NCBI GenBank assembly: GCA_965368975.1
Contig: CBDUPA010000025.1
Span: 1-64,000 of the forward strand
Direction of reading: 5' to 3'
Source: an uncultured bacterium
GTDB lineage: Bacteria; Acidobacteriota; Thermoanaerobaculia; Multivoradales; JAHZIX01
DNA: 64,000 bases
Below the pieces are notes generated by a model. That model saw only the letters and a program-made list of their open reading frames with translations. It was not told where the DNA came from and did not search any database. This document shows positions 63,688 to 64,000 of this stretch, in pieces; within the stretch, counting starts at the first letter, position 1, and each line of letters opens with the position of its first letter. The translations under genes and the position numbers were made by a program.

Positions 63688-64000
63688 CTAGATGAAGAAG
63701 TCGTCGACGACCGCGAGCAGGTGCCGCGCCCGTTGCTGGGCAATGAGATTGGCCAGCCGACGATGGTAGGCGTTGGCACTGTCCGCGTCGACGTCGATGG
63801 CCAGGGCCCGTTCCAACAAGGATACGAATTCGTCGCGCTTCTGTTCCTGAACGCAAACGCTGGTCGCCATGGACACATAGGCAGAGGCGCTGAACCCACC
63901 GCTCAGGTTGACGGCATCCTGGAAGTGCTGGCGCGCACGCGTCAGAGAACCACCCAAGGCTTCGGGCAGAGCATCCAGAGAGATGAGGGTCTCGTAAATC
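63688..64000 (-). CDS. TRAP T-component (TatT family), 5'-truncated by the window edge
   Basis: Open to the window end: IYETLISLDALPEALGGS..RARQHF..AV.LS...Q.R.EF..LL..AL.ID...LANLIAQQRA..LL; directly upstream of dctP. Confidence 0.75.
   Translation of the reverse strand, partial: IYETLISLDALPEALGGSLTRARQHFQDAVNLSGGFSASAYVSMATSVCVQEQKRDEFVSLLERALAIDVDADSANAYHRRLANLIAQQRARHLLAVVDDFFI

Noticed and set aside
63600-63899. N-terminal extension of the 452-aa DctP ORF
   Set aside because: Overlaps the TatT gene in another frame; the signal peptide follows the ATG at 63599

Overview
GC-rich bacterial DNA. About 70% of the window is one 44.4-kb ORF (1283-45676, minus strand, 14,797 aa), a hybrid NRPS-PKS with 13 modules: 10 C-A-T modules and 3 minimal KS-AT-ACP modules, in the order N-N-P-N-N-P-N-N-N-N-P-N-N. 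It begins with a DCL-type C domain, ends in a bare T domain plus an acidic tail (no TE, reductase, E, MT or KR), and has no partner synthetase or tailoring genes beside it. Five GTAG-hairpin REP-like elements sit in frame inside its adenylation-domain loops, and all three AT domains carry atypical GYSLG and G(V/L)GD(Q/H) motifs. The rest of the window holds a diheme cytochrome c-TPR gene, a SatD pair, a class I/II aminotransferase, an HExxH metallopeptidase, an MVL-lectin plus GH18-MVL pair, hemW, parE-parC, a coupled Schlafen/AlbA_2 plus ParA-ATPase pair (candidate defence module), a copper-monooxygenase-like exported protein, and a TatT-DctP-DctQM TRAP system cut off at the window end. No rRNA, tRNA or CRISPR array was seen. 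Module boundaries and A-domain codes were read by eye and are approximate.
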